A DNA stretch of 58,950 nt, filler included, from Sphacelaria rigidula (Eukaryota), in assembly GCA_964200075.2 (NCBI GenBank). It is 10 parts of 10 records of this genome, joined end to end, with 100 filler letters (N's around TTAATTAATTAA, not from the genome) between each part and the next. Parts side by side here need not be neighbours in the genome. Positions count along the whole stretch, not along the records: positions 1 to 5,805 come from CAXNAA020024328.1; positions 5,906 to 11,710 come from CAXNAA020024329.1; 8 more parts are not named here. One strand, written 5' to 3'. Positions 1 to 11,700 of this stretch are shown in pieces. Below the pieces are notes generated by a model that worked only from the letters and a program-made list of their open reading frames with translations, had not been told where the DNA came from and did not search any database. Positions within the stretch are counted from its first letter, which is position 1, and every line of letters starts with the position of its first letter. Position numbers and translations under genes: made by a program.

Positions 1-223
1 GTCGAAGCGGTACAAGCGGCGGTGGGGTCGTATGTAGTCGACGGTAACGAACAACTTGTGTATAGGCAGCTAATCTCTGTCGCGGAGAACTGCCCAGAAC
101 ATGCAAGGGAGTATGCAGCGGCAGCAGCTGCTGCAGCCGGGGAGGCGAACTGCACTTACTGTACTGCACTGTACTCCACTGTACTGTATGCATGTGCGCC
201 GCAACGCCCATACCCTTTCAAGA

Positions 224-593
224 TCATTTGCCGCATGCAACAAGGAGGGAAATGGTGGCCCACCCCGACCACAAAGGGCTGTGTGGCGTGGTGATGGGGA
301 CAATATCCAAGGCTACAAGTGGCGGGCGGCGCTTGCCACATCCTGTTGAAAGCTCTCCATCGCGACTGGTACTGCTTAATACATCTGTACATTTCCTGAT
401 GCGCACAACACCCGAATTATAGTACAGTCTGTACCTGAAATAGATTGGAAAAAACTTTCGGTTTCCATCTAACCCTGCCGTTACATACACTCGTTGATTT
501 TCATCAACGTGAAGCCAATATTTCATGCATGTTCAGGACACGTCTTTCCTAACCAGCCTCGTTGGTCGTTATGGTGGCCCAGTCACAAAAGGG
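224..593 (-). mobile_element. Terminal part of a piggyBac-like non-autonomous element (same family as 29050-29425)
   Basis: Reverse complement aligns along its length with 29050-29425; ends ...CACAAAAGGG|TTGA, the other copy begins TTAA|CCCTTTTGGG. Confidence 0.6.
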
Positions 594-1417
594 TTGAGAG
601 GCATTCAACAGTACCCAGACATTGCGTGGAGAGATACAATCGTGCCCCATCCTTATCCAGTATTCGGGTAGAGTTTGAATACTGGATCATCGCTACACAA
701 AACCGGGAGAGAGTATAGCCACATTCAACCCTACCCTACGCGCCATGGAAAACCATAACACACGAACATTTACATGTACGTGAGGGGTGCGAAGGACGGA
801 GGGGAGGGAGGGACAGCACAGTAGAGCTTACACAAAAGTCGTATAAACTCGACTACTTGATTTTACAGTGGACCTCGTTATTCGGGTCCTACGAGGGGCT
901 GACAGTCCTGAGTGAGGGCGCCGACGAGCTTTCCCAGATGATGCTTTGGCCCAAATCCGCTCCGCAAGCGCCGATTCCAGATCTGGAACTCTGCCTGAGC
1001 AACATTAGCACCCCCCTTGCCCACGGGTTCTCGCACACCGTGCTTGGGGTTAGGGCTAGAATCGGGGTCAGGGTTCAAATTCGAAATCATGAATTTTCAA
1101 GAGCGCCCTGTTGACCATCATCACGACCAACGCGTTATCACGACTGGTGTAGCACACTATCCGTTCCTGACTCACGCCAACCCGGCCCAGAATCGCATTC
1201 ACCATAGTTGGGTTTAGAACATGAAGAAAAGACACTGAAGAAATACATTTTGTGTGCTCCTTTCGGAGCGGGGGGGGGGGGGGGGGGGGGGGGGGGGGTC
1301 GGGGGGTTGGGTTTTTTTAAAATCATGGTGGGGCGTGTTGGTTGTGATAAAAAAAANNNNNNNNNNTGTATAGGTAAATTTTAATAAGAAAGAAGGCGGG
1401 AGGGTTGTATGTGTGGT

Positions 1418-1460
<43 letters not shown>

Positions 1461-1463
<3 letters not shown>

Positions 1464-1545
1464 CATGGTCCAAGTGTATAGCTTCTTCACAAATGCCGTC
1501 GGGTCTCGATGATCGTATAAAAATACAGGTTCGATTCCCAGCACA
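1461..1545 (+). mobile_element. tRNA-derived SINE-like head (Pol III A/B boxes)
   Basis: A-box-like TGGTCCAAGTG (~1466), B-box GGTTCGATTCC (1528-1538); no proper cloverleaf; next to low-quality poly-G. Confidence 0.4.
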
Positions 1546-1601
1546 TATAGTTGTGCTTTATTCCGACAAGTATCTGATTCCCGCCTTTAAAAAAATGAGG
1601 A

Positions 1602-1988
1602 CGTGAGTAAGGCTACTGCCCCTATAATAGGTGTGGGAGTGGCAGTCTCGGGGGCCACAGACTCGGCCGTGGGACGTGCCTAGACAGTTCGTTTTTGTGT
1701 GGAGGGAAACCCCAGGGTCGGGATGAGAAGTGACTTGAGAGGGCACTGAGATGGGTACAGCATCTTGTTGGAGTATGACTCTTACTCCGGGGACGGGATA
1801 GACCATTAACCAGAGGGGACAGACTAGTGTTCCAGAGGGGACGTTCCCGGAACCATGCCGGAGATATGAACATTCCTGGAACGGAGCGTAGAGATCCATG
1901 AGATATTCTCGGGAACTATACCGAGGGAGACATGGTCCCGTAGCGGTTGTAGAACGTGGAAGACTTGTGGACTACCGTGGTACTCACA
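1602..1988 (-). repeat. 3' LTR
   Basis: Direct repeat of 3659-4023; termini (C)GTGAGTA...TACTCACA, i.e. TG..CA-type with short inverted ends and one substitution. Confidence 0.75.
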
Positions 1989-1991
1989 TCA

Positions 1992-2000
1992 CCCCCCCCC
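1992..2000 (-). promoter_or_regulatory. Polypurine tract (PPT)
   Basis: C9 on + strand (G9 on minus), 3 nt from the start of the 3' LTR. Confidence 0.65.
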
Positions 2001-2467
2001 GATACGACGGTGCTAGCCGGCTACTCTGTCAAATATAAGAGAAAAATGGAGTACTGTGTTGGATTCAAGTCATTCGTGTCTAAAAAGGCGTTTGAGAGAT
2101 TCAACAATAATACTTGCTCTGATGAGTATACCGTTGAGTGATATGAACAAGGCATGAAATAACGAAAGGCTGAATGTACCAGAGGACATAACATTTTCAG
2201 GTACTGGAAGAAATGAAGGTATTGACTCATATTCAAACTGATGAAACAGAGCTGATGGACAAGAAAAACCTGCAGTTTTTTTGTGGACAACTTCGAATAT
2301 CTCCGTAGATGACAGAGATAGATGGCGCGCTCGTGACACTTTTGTCAAAATTCTTCATTTGACCAGTGTCGGTGGTGGTGGACAACCTCCGGTCATCATT
2401 CTGACATGATCGTGTTTTTTTCGAAGCAAATTTTCAGACATGACACGAGACAGCAGAGACTTGCGAA

Positions 2468-3469
2468 ACCGGAATCCATGGCGGTGGGCCCACTCAACAC
2501 ACAAGCAGCGTAGCCACGTAGACCACCGCCGACTCCTCCTGCACCACAGCGCACGACTTCGAATGCAGTGCCCCACAAGAGATCCGTGGCTCGAATGTGG
2601 ACTATCGTTGACTGCGATATGGCACGGCGGGCAAGCGGAAAAACAGCGAAGCTCCCGGCGGACACTCGAGAGATGTGGCAGTATCTCGGTAAGTCTCGAT
2701 AGTCCTCATTCCACATCGGCGGGCAACTTTAGTCAAAGTGCCCAAGCCTGTGTTCTTACTGTCAAACAATTGTCGCGTACATCTGCTGATGGACTGAAGA
2801 GTAAGTCGAAGGATTGTCATATCACGGCAGCTGACGAACGCCGGATCCCTACACTCGATGGCTCTAGCGATGCACATGTACCAGAAATCCTCGCACAGTA
2901 TCGTCTCACTGTCGGACTCAAAAGCCAAATCAGTCCATCCGGATGACGCAGAGTTCGCTGATGAGCTGGCGTACACCTACTTGTCACTCATCTGTGGTGG
3001 TCAATGTCACACAATGTTTGACCAACGAATGTCAGGTCGAATAGAGGATTTCTGGTACATGTGCATCGCTAGAGCCATCGAGTGTAGGGATCCGGCGTTC
3101 GTCAGCTGCCGTGATATGACAATCCTTCGACTTACTCTTCAATGCATCAGCACATGTACGCAACAATTGTTTGACAGCAGGAACACAGGCTTGGGCACTT
3201 TGACTAGAGGTGCCTGCCGATGTGGAATGAGGACTATCGAGACTTACCGAGATACTGCCACATCTCTCGAGTGTCCGCCGGGAGCTCCGCTGTTTTTCCG
3301 CTTGCCCTCCGTGCCATATCGCGGTGAACGATAGTCCACATTCGAGCCACGGATCTCTTGTGGGGCAGCTGCGTTCGAAGTCGTGCACTGTGGTGCAGGG
3401 GGAGTCGGCGGTGGTCTACGTGGCTGCGCTGCTTGTGTGTTGAGTGGGCCCACCGCCATGGTTTCCGGT
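2468..3469. repeat. Long inverted repeat: arms 2468-2892 and 3044-3469, 151-bp spacer
   Basis: Arms are reverse complements with scattered mismatches; ORF track shows near-identical peptides on opposite strands (2440..2946+ vs 3032..3388-). Confidence 0.97.
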
Positions 3470-3595
3470 GGTGAAATGGGAGCGCCGGCTGTGGCGACGG
3501 TGCATGTGATCGTCCGGATCGGGCTCTTCTTCGTCTTCTTATTGGGCCAGATGGTCAGCATTGATGGCGGTATCGTGCTGTTGATCATCCGCCAT
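2893..3595 (-). pseudogene. Decayed gag-like ORF of the LTR element
   Basis: ATG at 3595, ~50 nt after the PBS: MADDQQHD...EDEEEPDP...RRIPTLDGSSDAHVPEIL, with in-frame stops; position and IPxxDGS motif suggest gag. Confidence 0.45.
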
Positions 3596-3646
3596 GATGG
3601 AGTCTGGAGCACAAAATTACTGTCTGTATCGTAGGTTGTTTATCAA

Positions 3647-3656
3647 GTCGACGCCA
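3647..3656 (-). promoter_or_regulatory. Primer-binding site candidate TGGCGTCGAC
   Basis: Starts TGG 2 nt after the 5' LTR; complementary to a tRNA ending ...GTCGACG-CCA (resembles plant-type tRNA-Ser 3' ends; host tRNA not verified). Confidence 0.6.
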
Positions 3657-3658
3657 AC

Positions 3659-4023
3659 AAGGCTACTACCCCTTGGTGTGGGAGTGGCAGTCTCGGGAGC
3701 CACGGACTTGACCGTGGGACGTGCCTAGACAGATAGTTCTTGTGTGCAGGGATACCGCAGGGTTGGGATGAGAAGTGACTCGAGGGGGCACCGAGATGGG
3801 TGCAGCTTCGAGTTGGAGTATGACTTACTCCGGGGACGGGATAGACCACGACCCGAGAGGACAGACCAGTGTTCTAGAGGGAACGTTCCCGGAACTGTGC
3901 CGGAGATATGACCATTCCTCGGACAGAGTGGAAGGATCGATTTTCTGGGGAACTATGCCGAGGGAGATATGGTCCCGTAGCGGTTGTAGAACGTGGAAGA
4001 CTTGTGGACTACCCTTGTACACA
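3659..4023 (-). repeat. 5' LTR
   Basis: Direct repeat of ~1609-1988; begins TGTGTAC on minus strand; the end next to the PBS lacks the terminal CA. Confidence 0.7.
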
Positions 4024-5031
4024 AATGAATAGCAAAAAAAATGAGTAGTCTTGACCACGCGAATAGAAGGGCAAAATTAACTACGAAGGTGTGTTGAATG
4101 AAAGAAAAATGGGCCCTCATTTTTTTCAAAAGAGGTTAGGGCGATCTCGTGAAAAAATGTTTTTTACTATACTAAAACGCCCTAAACCAGTAAAAAAATG
4201 AAAGAAAAAACAACCCGACCCCCTGAGTTTAATGAATCATGTCCTAGGGGGGGTCCACACAAATTTTCACTACACAAAAACTAAACGTGTGCCGGTGAGT
4301 GGCCTGGGAAATACTATTCCGAATGTATACCGACCCGGTTTTTCAAAGGCGAATGCGTAGGGAAATTTTGAGAGTTGGAGCCTAAAATTTGGTATGGACA
4401 ATGCATCGGGCGTAAAAAACATATATTACCAGTGTACTCTCTGGTATTTTTTTCAAGAGTCAAGGGCAATAATCAGTTTTCAGGTATCAGTAAAATGCCT
4501 TTGACTCGTGAAAAAAAAAACATGTTACACTCATATATTTTTGTATTCCCTATGCATTGTCTATATACCAACATCTACGCTACAACTCTAAATATTGCCC
4601 GACGCCTTTGCCTCCAAACTTCGAATCCACCTCTAGGCTGGCCCAGCTCTACAACTATAGGGGAGTCAAACTTGCTCGAAAAATGGATTGAATTTTTTTT
4701 TTCGCAATGGTCATCGCTGAGCCGCAGCAGCAGCCACAACAACAGTCTTGAACCCTTCACGGTTCGGACGAATCATCATCGCCGGTTCGAATCACCAAAT
4801 CCGCGATATTTCAGGCCTGATTGCTGAAATAGAGTAAAGTGTTGACCGCTCGTCAAAACGGTCTCCACGCACAAGTTTTGCGCCATTCCACGTGCCTGGG
4901 CTGCGCGCACGCGGGTTGCAAGGCTGAAAACAACGCCTGGAGGATAAATTCGTACGGTACGCATTAATTACACTAAAATGAAGTAATTTTCAGACGAATT
5001 ATGTAGTCGTCCAACCGTTTGTATCACTCAC

Positions 5032-5191
5032 GCTGCTGAGTCCCTCTGAGGAGAACTCCTTCTCCTCCAGCTTGAACACGAAGGCGTTGAACTGTTGTTG
5101 AAGTCGCTCATTGGCGTAGTTAATCAGTAGCTGCTCCAGGGAGTTTGTACCGAACGCTTCGAACCCGAAAATGTCGAGTAAACCGATGAAC
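5032..5191 (-). CDS. Myosin motor-domain internal exon (switch II and relay helix)
   Basis: cag|...|gtgagt; [53 protein letters not shown] contains the diagnostic DIFGFE and NYANERLQQ motifs. Confidence 0.96.
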
Positions 5192-5805
5192 CTGTGTTGT
5201 TATTTCAAATCCGCACGAAAAAAACAAAAAAGAAGGCCGATTCTTCCGGTTAGTTCTTCCCCCTCATTTTTTGCAGATAAGGAGGAAAAAAAAAAAAAAG
5301 ACGAGGGAGATGATACGAGATGGGCGCTCCTGGCTTGTATATATATTTTTCAAATACGAGACGTGTAGCTGTAAGCACATGGCAGTGATGAGACGACAAA
5401 AAGCACACACGGAATGCAAAATTGGCCAAGTTAAAACGAACGATCAAAGCCACTCTCAATCCGTACCCAACTCTCAATCTCACGAAAACCTTCTTGAAAC
5501 ATATCGAGAAGACTATCCGCAAACGCCAACTCTGGTTCGCGGGAGCCCTTGTCCAGTAGAGGCGAACACGCCTTCCTAAGCGCGTCCACTTTCACGGCCT
5601 TTCGAAATGGCTACGGTTTCAGAGAAAGCCGGGTTCAAGAGGAAAATATTGGTTTTGCCCATCTCTCTGACGGAGCCACTACTGGCGGCCGACGCGGGCT
5701 GGGAAAGCTGCACCCTCCCCGCGAGATCAAAATTCAAGGCAAGTAGCGAGGACTGATGCCGGGATAGCCCCCCCCCCCCCCCCCCCCCCCCCCCGCCGCC
5801 CCCCC

Positions 5806-5905
5806 NNNNNNNNNNNNNNNNNNNNNNNNNNNNNNNNNNNNNNNNNNNNTTAATTAATTAANNNNNNNNNNNNNNNNNNNNNNNNNNNNNNNNNNNNNNN
5901 NNNNN
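5806..5905. other. Artificial contig-joining linker (N44-TTAATTAATTAA-N44); identical copies at 11711-11810, 17616-17715, 23521-23620, 29426-29525, 35331-35430, 41236-41335, 47141-47240, 53046-53145
   Basis: Identical 100-bp spacer with six-frame stop oligo recurring every 5,905 bp. Confidence 0.99.
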
Positions 5906-8537
5906 GTCACGGAAAATGTTGAACGCACGGCCCAATTCGACGACTTTCGAGATGAAATTTCATGTAGACCTTCTACACCCAAGTAACTGATGACAAATGC
6001 CGAGACAGCCCCCCCACAAAAAGTACACTGGAGACCTTCCGACAAACCGGCTGTGATCCCACTATTGGGCTCGTTTGTAGCCAATTCGCCCACATTAGAG
6101 GCGTGTAGCAGTCCCAAATCAGCTATAACGCCCAAATGAGTCGCGTCGTGCAGCACGAAACCAGCTCTAACAGCATTAATGATCATCGCTTCCACGCACT
6201 TTTTTGGCCGGTTGGGAGGGGGGGGGGGGGGCTATCTCGGCAGCAATCTGATACTTCACGTGAGCAGCTGCAGATTCTCCTTTTTTTCCTGGACTTATGA
6301 CATTAGCTTGTTTTTGCTAAAATTTCAAATGCCCGTAACTTCTTTTTTCTCTTTTTTCTTTGCTGCTCACGTCCATTTGGGCATTTGAAACGTCAGCGTC
6401 CAACTCCTGATATCGCACCGCGCGTCGCCTGAGCGAGATCCACACGTGCTCTTGTCTGGCCCAACTCGTACGGCCCAACCATATTGCATGGGGCGGCATG
6501 TTTCTGCAGCGGTTACAATATCCGGGTCTGACCTTGCTCATGGTCCGCCAAACAGGGGCCGTGCATGTTTTACCGTTGTAAATGGTACCTGTAGTTGCTA
6601 CGTCCGACAGGACTTGACCTTGCACGTGAGCCGACTTTGGGATACCCATAACATGGTCCATACTTTATCCGGTATTACGCCAAAAACAAAATCGGAACAG
6701 AATCCGACATTGTTTCGCCCCAATACTCACGCACACACCGCGCAACCCCAGATTCAGCAAGATGGGGTTGTTGCCTGTAGTCTACATGGCATGTGGTCGA
6801 AGTTTCAGCACGCAAAAGCGCTGACAGCGCTTGCACGGCTACGTCTCCTGAAGTGAGCACCTCTACAGGCGATACCAAGATAGGTACCGTGTAGAATGAC
6901 ATCATCCAGAGTGTGCGCAATACGGATCGATGTGTTCGTTTGCCGGGGCAGGAGCCACCGAGCAGGAAGTGAGCGTATCTACGTGTCAACATATGCATCC
7001 ACTGACGTCTCACGCAGTCTGGGCCGAGGGGACTACGTTTTGGGGGCGTATCGATGGCATTGCCCAAAATCCGTATTTTTCTTCGTGCGTCTAGCGCACC
7101 TCGTAAAACGTGCCGCTGCTCCGGGAATATGCTATCTGTGTTGTTGTCTACCTCTGCGCCAAGTTTCAGGCTTGTTAGAACAGACACGGCGGAGAAATTC
7201 ACAAGCAAAGTAACCCTTGATTTGTACTGAAAATACAGCACGAAACTCTGTCAAACCGTCGAAAGATACATGAGATGCGTATGATTCTTGTATGCGGGAA
7301 TCTTGGCAATTGACTTGCTTTTTTTTGCGGAAGACTGTATCAGGGTGATTTGTGTGTATATTTCGCTCGGCACAACGTTCGACATTGTCCACGGTCCGCA
7401 GTCTCGAACACCTTGGTAGATGACATGGTCTAGCGGGGTCTTGTGAAAAACGCAACCTTAGCAGGGTACTATTTCTCATACCCGGAAAGGCTGCATCCTT
7501 GCACAGGGTTAATAAAATCTTTCCCCCCTGCAGAAGTGTCATGGTACGATACTTACGACCTGGGTAGGAAGATGCCAGTTCAGTGGGCACCGGAGCTAGC
7601 AGGCCCAAACACAGTCTCTAGTATCGAAACCATTGAGTTCGATATTATCGACTGCAAAGTCAGCCACCGCACCAGTGGTCAGGTGTCATGCCATGAAGCG
7701 CGCAGGCTGCAGCACAACATGTGTTGCATGAAGGTCAGGCTTACATTTTGTGAAGACCAGAGAATCCTCTGAGATGGTAGTCCCTGATGGCGTAGATGCT
7801 CTTGTATTATTGGCGTACAGGCTAACTTGTGCTTTGCTAGTTGAGATTCGTAGTCCAGAAACGCTGTGACCCAAAGGGGCCGCCAAGTCAATTCAATCAA
7901 ACAATGTAGTATGACCCATCAGGTACCAAGCATGACAAAGTATGGCAAATGGAACCCAGTCGACTGGAACATGACCAATAAATCTGTAACAGAAGGTTTG
8001 ATCCTGTGCAGGGGCCATCCTTGCACATGATTCAAACCTTCGTCTCCCTGCACAATGTCTGACCCTGTGCAGGGTCCGAAATTTTGGATACCTTGGTAGG
8101 GGGGGGTGACGAACTCACGTCGTCACGTTGAGTATATAATGATGATTGGATGATGACGTGGGATCTGTAGTGATGGTATGGATGATGACATGGACACAGG
8201 GGTGATACCCTGATGTGGTCTATGGAGCCGCCTGGATGGTCACTCCTGACTGATGGAATGCTGTAAAGGCTGACAACTGAAACTGAGGCCAGTGAGACTG
8301 GGGAGTCCCTCAACAGCGGTGATCCAACAGTGCTTCCACTGGCTGGCGTCACAATATCGATATTAGTGCTAGTGCTAGTGAGTGCTAGAAACCTGCCGAA
8401 AAGGATCTCGGCGGAGTGAGTCTGGCAGCTGGGGACAACCTGACACCACGGACGCGTGACAGGGGTTCAAGCTGGTGGTGGCTGCAGAAAGGCGGCTGGC
8501 CTGTGATTGATCCAGACTGGAGACTTGCTGAAGCTGC

Positions 8538-9464
8538 GTGCAGCGGGAATTTGGAGGCTCCTACGACTGTGTGGTGCGGCGACGAAGCAAGGGAAGTGCA
8601 ATTCGCGAAGGGCCGCTAGCCTGCAGAGGTTCGCAGATAGCCGGTTACGCTACAGCTATGGCTACCGGCTCACGAGGTACGTCCACAGTGACACCCGTGG
8701 TCATGCGGGAAGAATTGCGACCTCCCCAATACGGGGACAGGTACTCAGAGAGTGCATCTCACACTTTTTATACAAAACACGTAGAGTACAAGAGGCGTGT
8801 GGAGCACGCTAATGCAGGGGGTGCCGTGCGGCATCAGGTAGTGACCATGGCTCAACAGGTGCCGGCTCATGTACAGAGAGTGTTCGCTCGTTTGGAACAT
8901 AACGAGAGCACCATCACCTCGCCGCAATTGGTTGCGGCGATCAAAAAGCATGCAGGACATGCGGCGGGCGCCGAGGTAGATCTGACCCAAGCGTCCGCGG
9001 CCGTAGCGAAAGCTGTCGCAATGGATTATCGGGGGGAAACGATGTTGGAGCGTGTGGAGCCCATCTTGGCTAATTTGGAAAAGTACCTCACGGAAAATTC
9101 GAACATACAACTAGTATATCGTTCCCCCGATGGTGAGTTCATTCCCGGCCCGGCAGCAGTAATCACTAAGGCTTTGGTGGAGGGGTTGGCACCGGAATAT
9201 TTCAAGCAAGCCGTACTTGTCAAGCTGCAGCACCAATCAGATTGGAAGGACGACCCGTACCTGGTGATGAGTACCGCCGTGGCCAAGGCCAAGGAGTGGC
9301 GGAAAATAGAGATGTTCGGCCAGTTGTTCATCTCTTTGCCGAAATCTTTGCGCAACTTTGGCTCGAAATCGGCTGGTCGTGCCGCGAGTATTACTTGCCA
9401 CCGCTGTGGACAGGTCGGCCATTACGCGCGCGATTGCCCAACGTCTTCCGGTGGAGAGTCTTAG
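8538..9464 (+). CDS. gag: Gag with CCHC zinc knuckle (TAG at 9462 probably premature; frame continues as G/Q/A-rich linker)
   Basis: CHRCGQVGHYARDC = CX2CX4HX4C; 308-aa ORF upstream of protease. Confidence 0.85.
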   Translation: MQREFGGSYDCVVRRRSKGSAIREGPLACRGSQIAGYATAMATGSRGTSTVTPVVMREELRPPQYGDRYSESASHTFYTKHVEYKRRVEHANAGGAVRHQVVTMAQQVPAHVQRVFARLEHNESTITSPQLVAAIKKHAGHAAGAEVDLTQASAAVAKAVAMDYRGETMLERVEPILANLEKYLTENSNIQLVYRSPDGEFIPGPAAVITKALVEGLAPEYFKQAVLVKLQHQSDWKDDPYLVMSTAVAKAKEWRKIEMFGQLFISLPKSLRNFGSKSAGRAASITCHRCGQVGHYARDCPTSSGGES

Positions 9465-9929
9465 CAGTCTAGTGCCACGCGCAATCAGCATCGTCAGCAC
9501 AAGTGCAAAAGACGAGGTAATCGTGGTGGCGGCGGCGGATCCTCCGGCGATGGAGGGTCACAGGCGAGCCCTCAGCAGCAACAGCCGCAGCAGCAGCAGA
9601 ACCACCAACAGCAGGGGCAGTGGCGTCAGCATGGGCCTGGCTCCGGTTCCGGCGCCGCCGTAGGTGCTGCTGCTCCACAGCGGGCGGTGCAGGTGGGCCC
9701 GACTTCTACAGAGTCGAACACTGCGCCGGCGTCGGTGGTGGCGCCGGCGGCGACACCGGCAGCAGCGCAAGGCGCGATGCCTGTTGACGCGCTGGTCAGA
9801 GGCTTCCCAAATACTTGATTTGCTGGCTGGGGGGCGTACCCGCCGGCGGTGCCGTTTGAATCTGCCAGGGCATCTTCGCCTGCGCAGCTTGCGCAGCCGT
9901 GGCGTCAAGTGGGATTAGCGGCGAATAGG

Positions 9930-10226
9930 TCAGCGGAAGAAATTCCCGTGGAGCTTACCGGCAGATACATTCCGGCGGAGTTATGTCTTCTGAATCAACG
10001 GCAGCGTGGAGCCATTGTGATTCGGTCTGTGTTGGATTCTGGCGCTCATTCTAGTAGTCTGCCGGTGCAGATGGTTGAGATGATGAAGCGTCAACTCCCG
10101 GGTGTGCCGCTACGCATCCCGTTTTCACTCGGGGCGCGGCAGGAAGTCACCGCGTCGAGTCAGCATGTTTCAGTCACGGAGCGGATGTCGTTGTTCTTCT
10201 GGGGCTGCCGACGCTACAGGATCTAG
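9930..10226 (+). pseudogene. Retropepsin-like aspartic protease remnant
   Basis: IRSVLDSGAHSSSL (D[S/T]GA motif). Confidence 0.75.
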
Positions 10227-10393
10227 GAGTCGACCCGTATGAGCGGTTGAAGGACTCCATCAAGACGTGGATGTCTCCGCCTGTTCCGCACGTGGAGACG
10301 CCCGCCTTTTTGGGTAGTCGTCGCGTGAGCTTGTCGATGGATGCTTTTCAGGAGGCTGGGGGCAGGTAACGCTCAGTAGAGCGCGGCCCGGAT

Positions 10394-11700
10394 ATGTTCA
10401 TGGACCCGGCGGAAGAGGAGTCCGCTCGGAAGGCTGCGCTGGAGGAGAGCGTAACGGATGCTGTGGCGCAAAGCCTCAGCGTCCCCAAAGCGGAACGCCT
10501 GCGCGGCATCTTGCATCGCCTCGTCAACGCGTTTCGACGTGCGCTGCGGGGTGATCCCCCTGCGCGCGTGGAGCCCATGCGTGTTCAACTGAAACCTGGG
10601 GCATTCGGGGTGAAGGCGAGGCCGCGGCGGTACGATCCGGTGAAGTCGAGCTGGTTGGCGTCGTGCATGGCGGCTCTTGTGGCGCTTGGGTTGGTAGTGC
10701 GGAACCTGCAGGCGTGATGGTCCAGTCCGGCGATGGCGATTCCCAAGAAAGACTCGTTTCGCCTGGTATGCGACTACAAGGCCGTGAATGATCAGGTTGA
10801 CAAGTCGCCGGGTGTGATGCCCAATCAGGGGTCGGACATGCGTGATCTCTTGCGTGCTCGGTTTTTTGGCAAGTTGGACCTCCTCGAAGGTTATTGGCAG
10901 ATGCCGTTGGCGGAGGAGGCGCAGGAGATTTTCACAATCACGACCCCGTTAGGCGTGTTTACCACAAAGCGAGTACCGCAATGCGTGTTGAATGCCACGT
11001 ATATTTTCAAGGTATCATCACGGAACTGCTTGTCAACTTGAAATGCAAGATATGGGTCGATAATGCGTTTTTTTTTCGCGGATACGGAAGACGAACTTTC
11101 AGACACGCTTGATGCTATCTCGGCCCGTTCAGAGAATGTTGATTTGTTTGCGGTCGCGCACAGATGCACTTTTTTCGCTAGTGAACTTGTATGGTGTGGG
11201 AAAGTGTACTCACACGGACGCGTATCTCATGACCCTGTCAGATTGTAAGGCTTGTCTGACATGCGGCACCCGGAGACGGCCGCAGAACTCATGCAATTCC
11301 TGCAGGCCGTGAATCGGCTGCGTACCTCGTTGCCGCGCATGGCAGAAGCCGTAGCTTCCTTGCGTTTTTCCCTCGAAGAACTCATGGCGGGTGCTCCGAG
11401 GCGGACGAAGCGTGTTGCGAAAAACCGCGTTATTCCGCCAGCATCGTGGACGGAGGGTAGGTTGTAGGTGTGGGCGGCAGCGAAGGATCTGGTGGCTCAT
11501 GCCGTGACGCTGTTCCATCCTCGTCCTGATCGTTAGGTGCTAATGTTTCCGGATGCATCTGAGTGTCATTGGGGTGGTTTCGCTACGCAAGTACCTAAAG
11601 CGGAAATGCAAAAACGCCTGCCAGTTCAGAACATGACGCATGAACCGCTTAAAATGGGAAAGGCCGAGCACAACGAGAAGCCGGGAATTCCCACGCTTGG
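10394..11700 (+). pseudogene. pol: Gypsy reverse transcriptase + RNase H, disrupted
   Basis: FRLVCDYKAVN, FGKLDLLEGYWQ, FTITTPLG, IWVDN (YxDD position), LMQFLQAVN, MFPDASECHWG; stops and frameshifts throughout. Confidence 0.92.

Larger units (their letters stand above)
1602..4023 (-). mobile_element. Non-autonomous LTR retrotransposon derivative with internal inverted duplication
   Basis: Two diverged ~370-385-bp direct repeats; minus-strand PBS-like TGGCGTCGAC after the 5' copy; G9 PPT before the 3' copy; decayed gag-like ORF; no recognisable pol. Confidence 0.75.

Noticed and set aside
1262..1462. G-quadruplex regulatory cluster
   Set aside because: Poly-G runs flank a 10-N gap (1357-1366) and look like low-quality assembly ends
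5850..5861. Biological TTAATTAATTAA motif
   Set aside because: Part of the artificial linker; ORFs running into the Ns are artefacts
7993..8040. U6 snRNA fragment (ATGGCCCCTGCACAGGAT on minus strand)
   Set aside because: No ACAGAGA box or U6 flanks; explained by a small local palindrome
9462..11536. RIP-like CpA>TpA mutation in the Gypsy copy
   Set aside because: Stops created by single transitions necessarily come from CAA/CAG/CGA/TGG, so the pattern is uninformative without a family alignment
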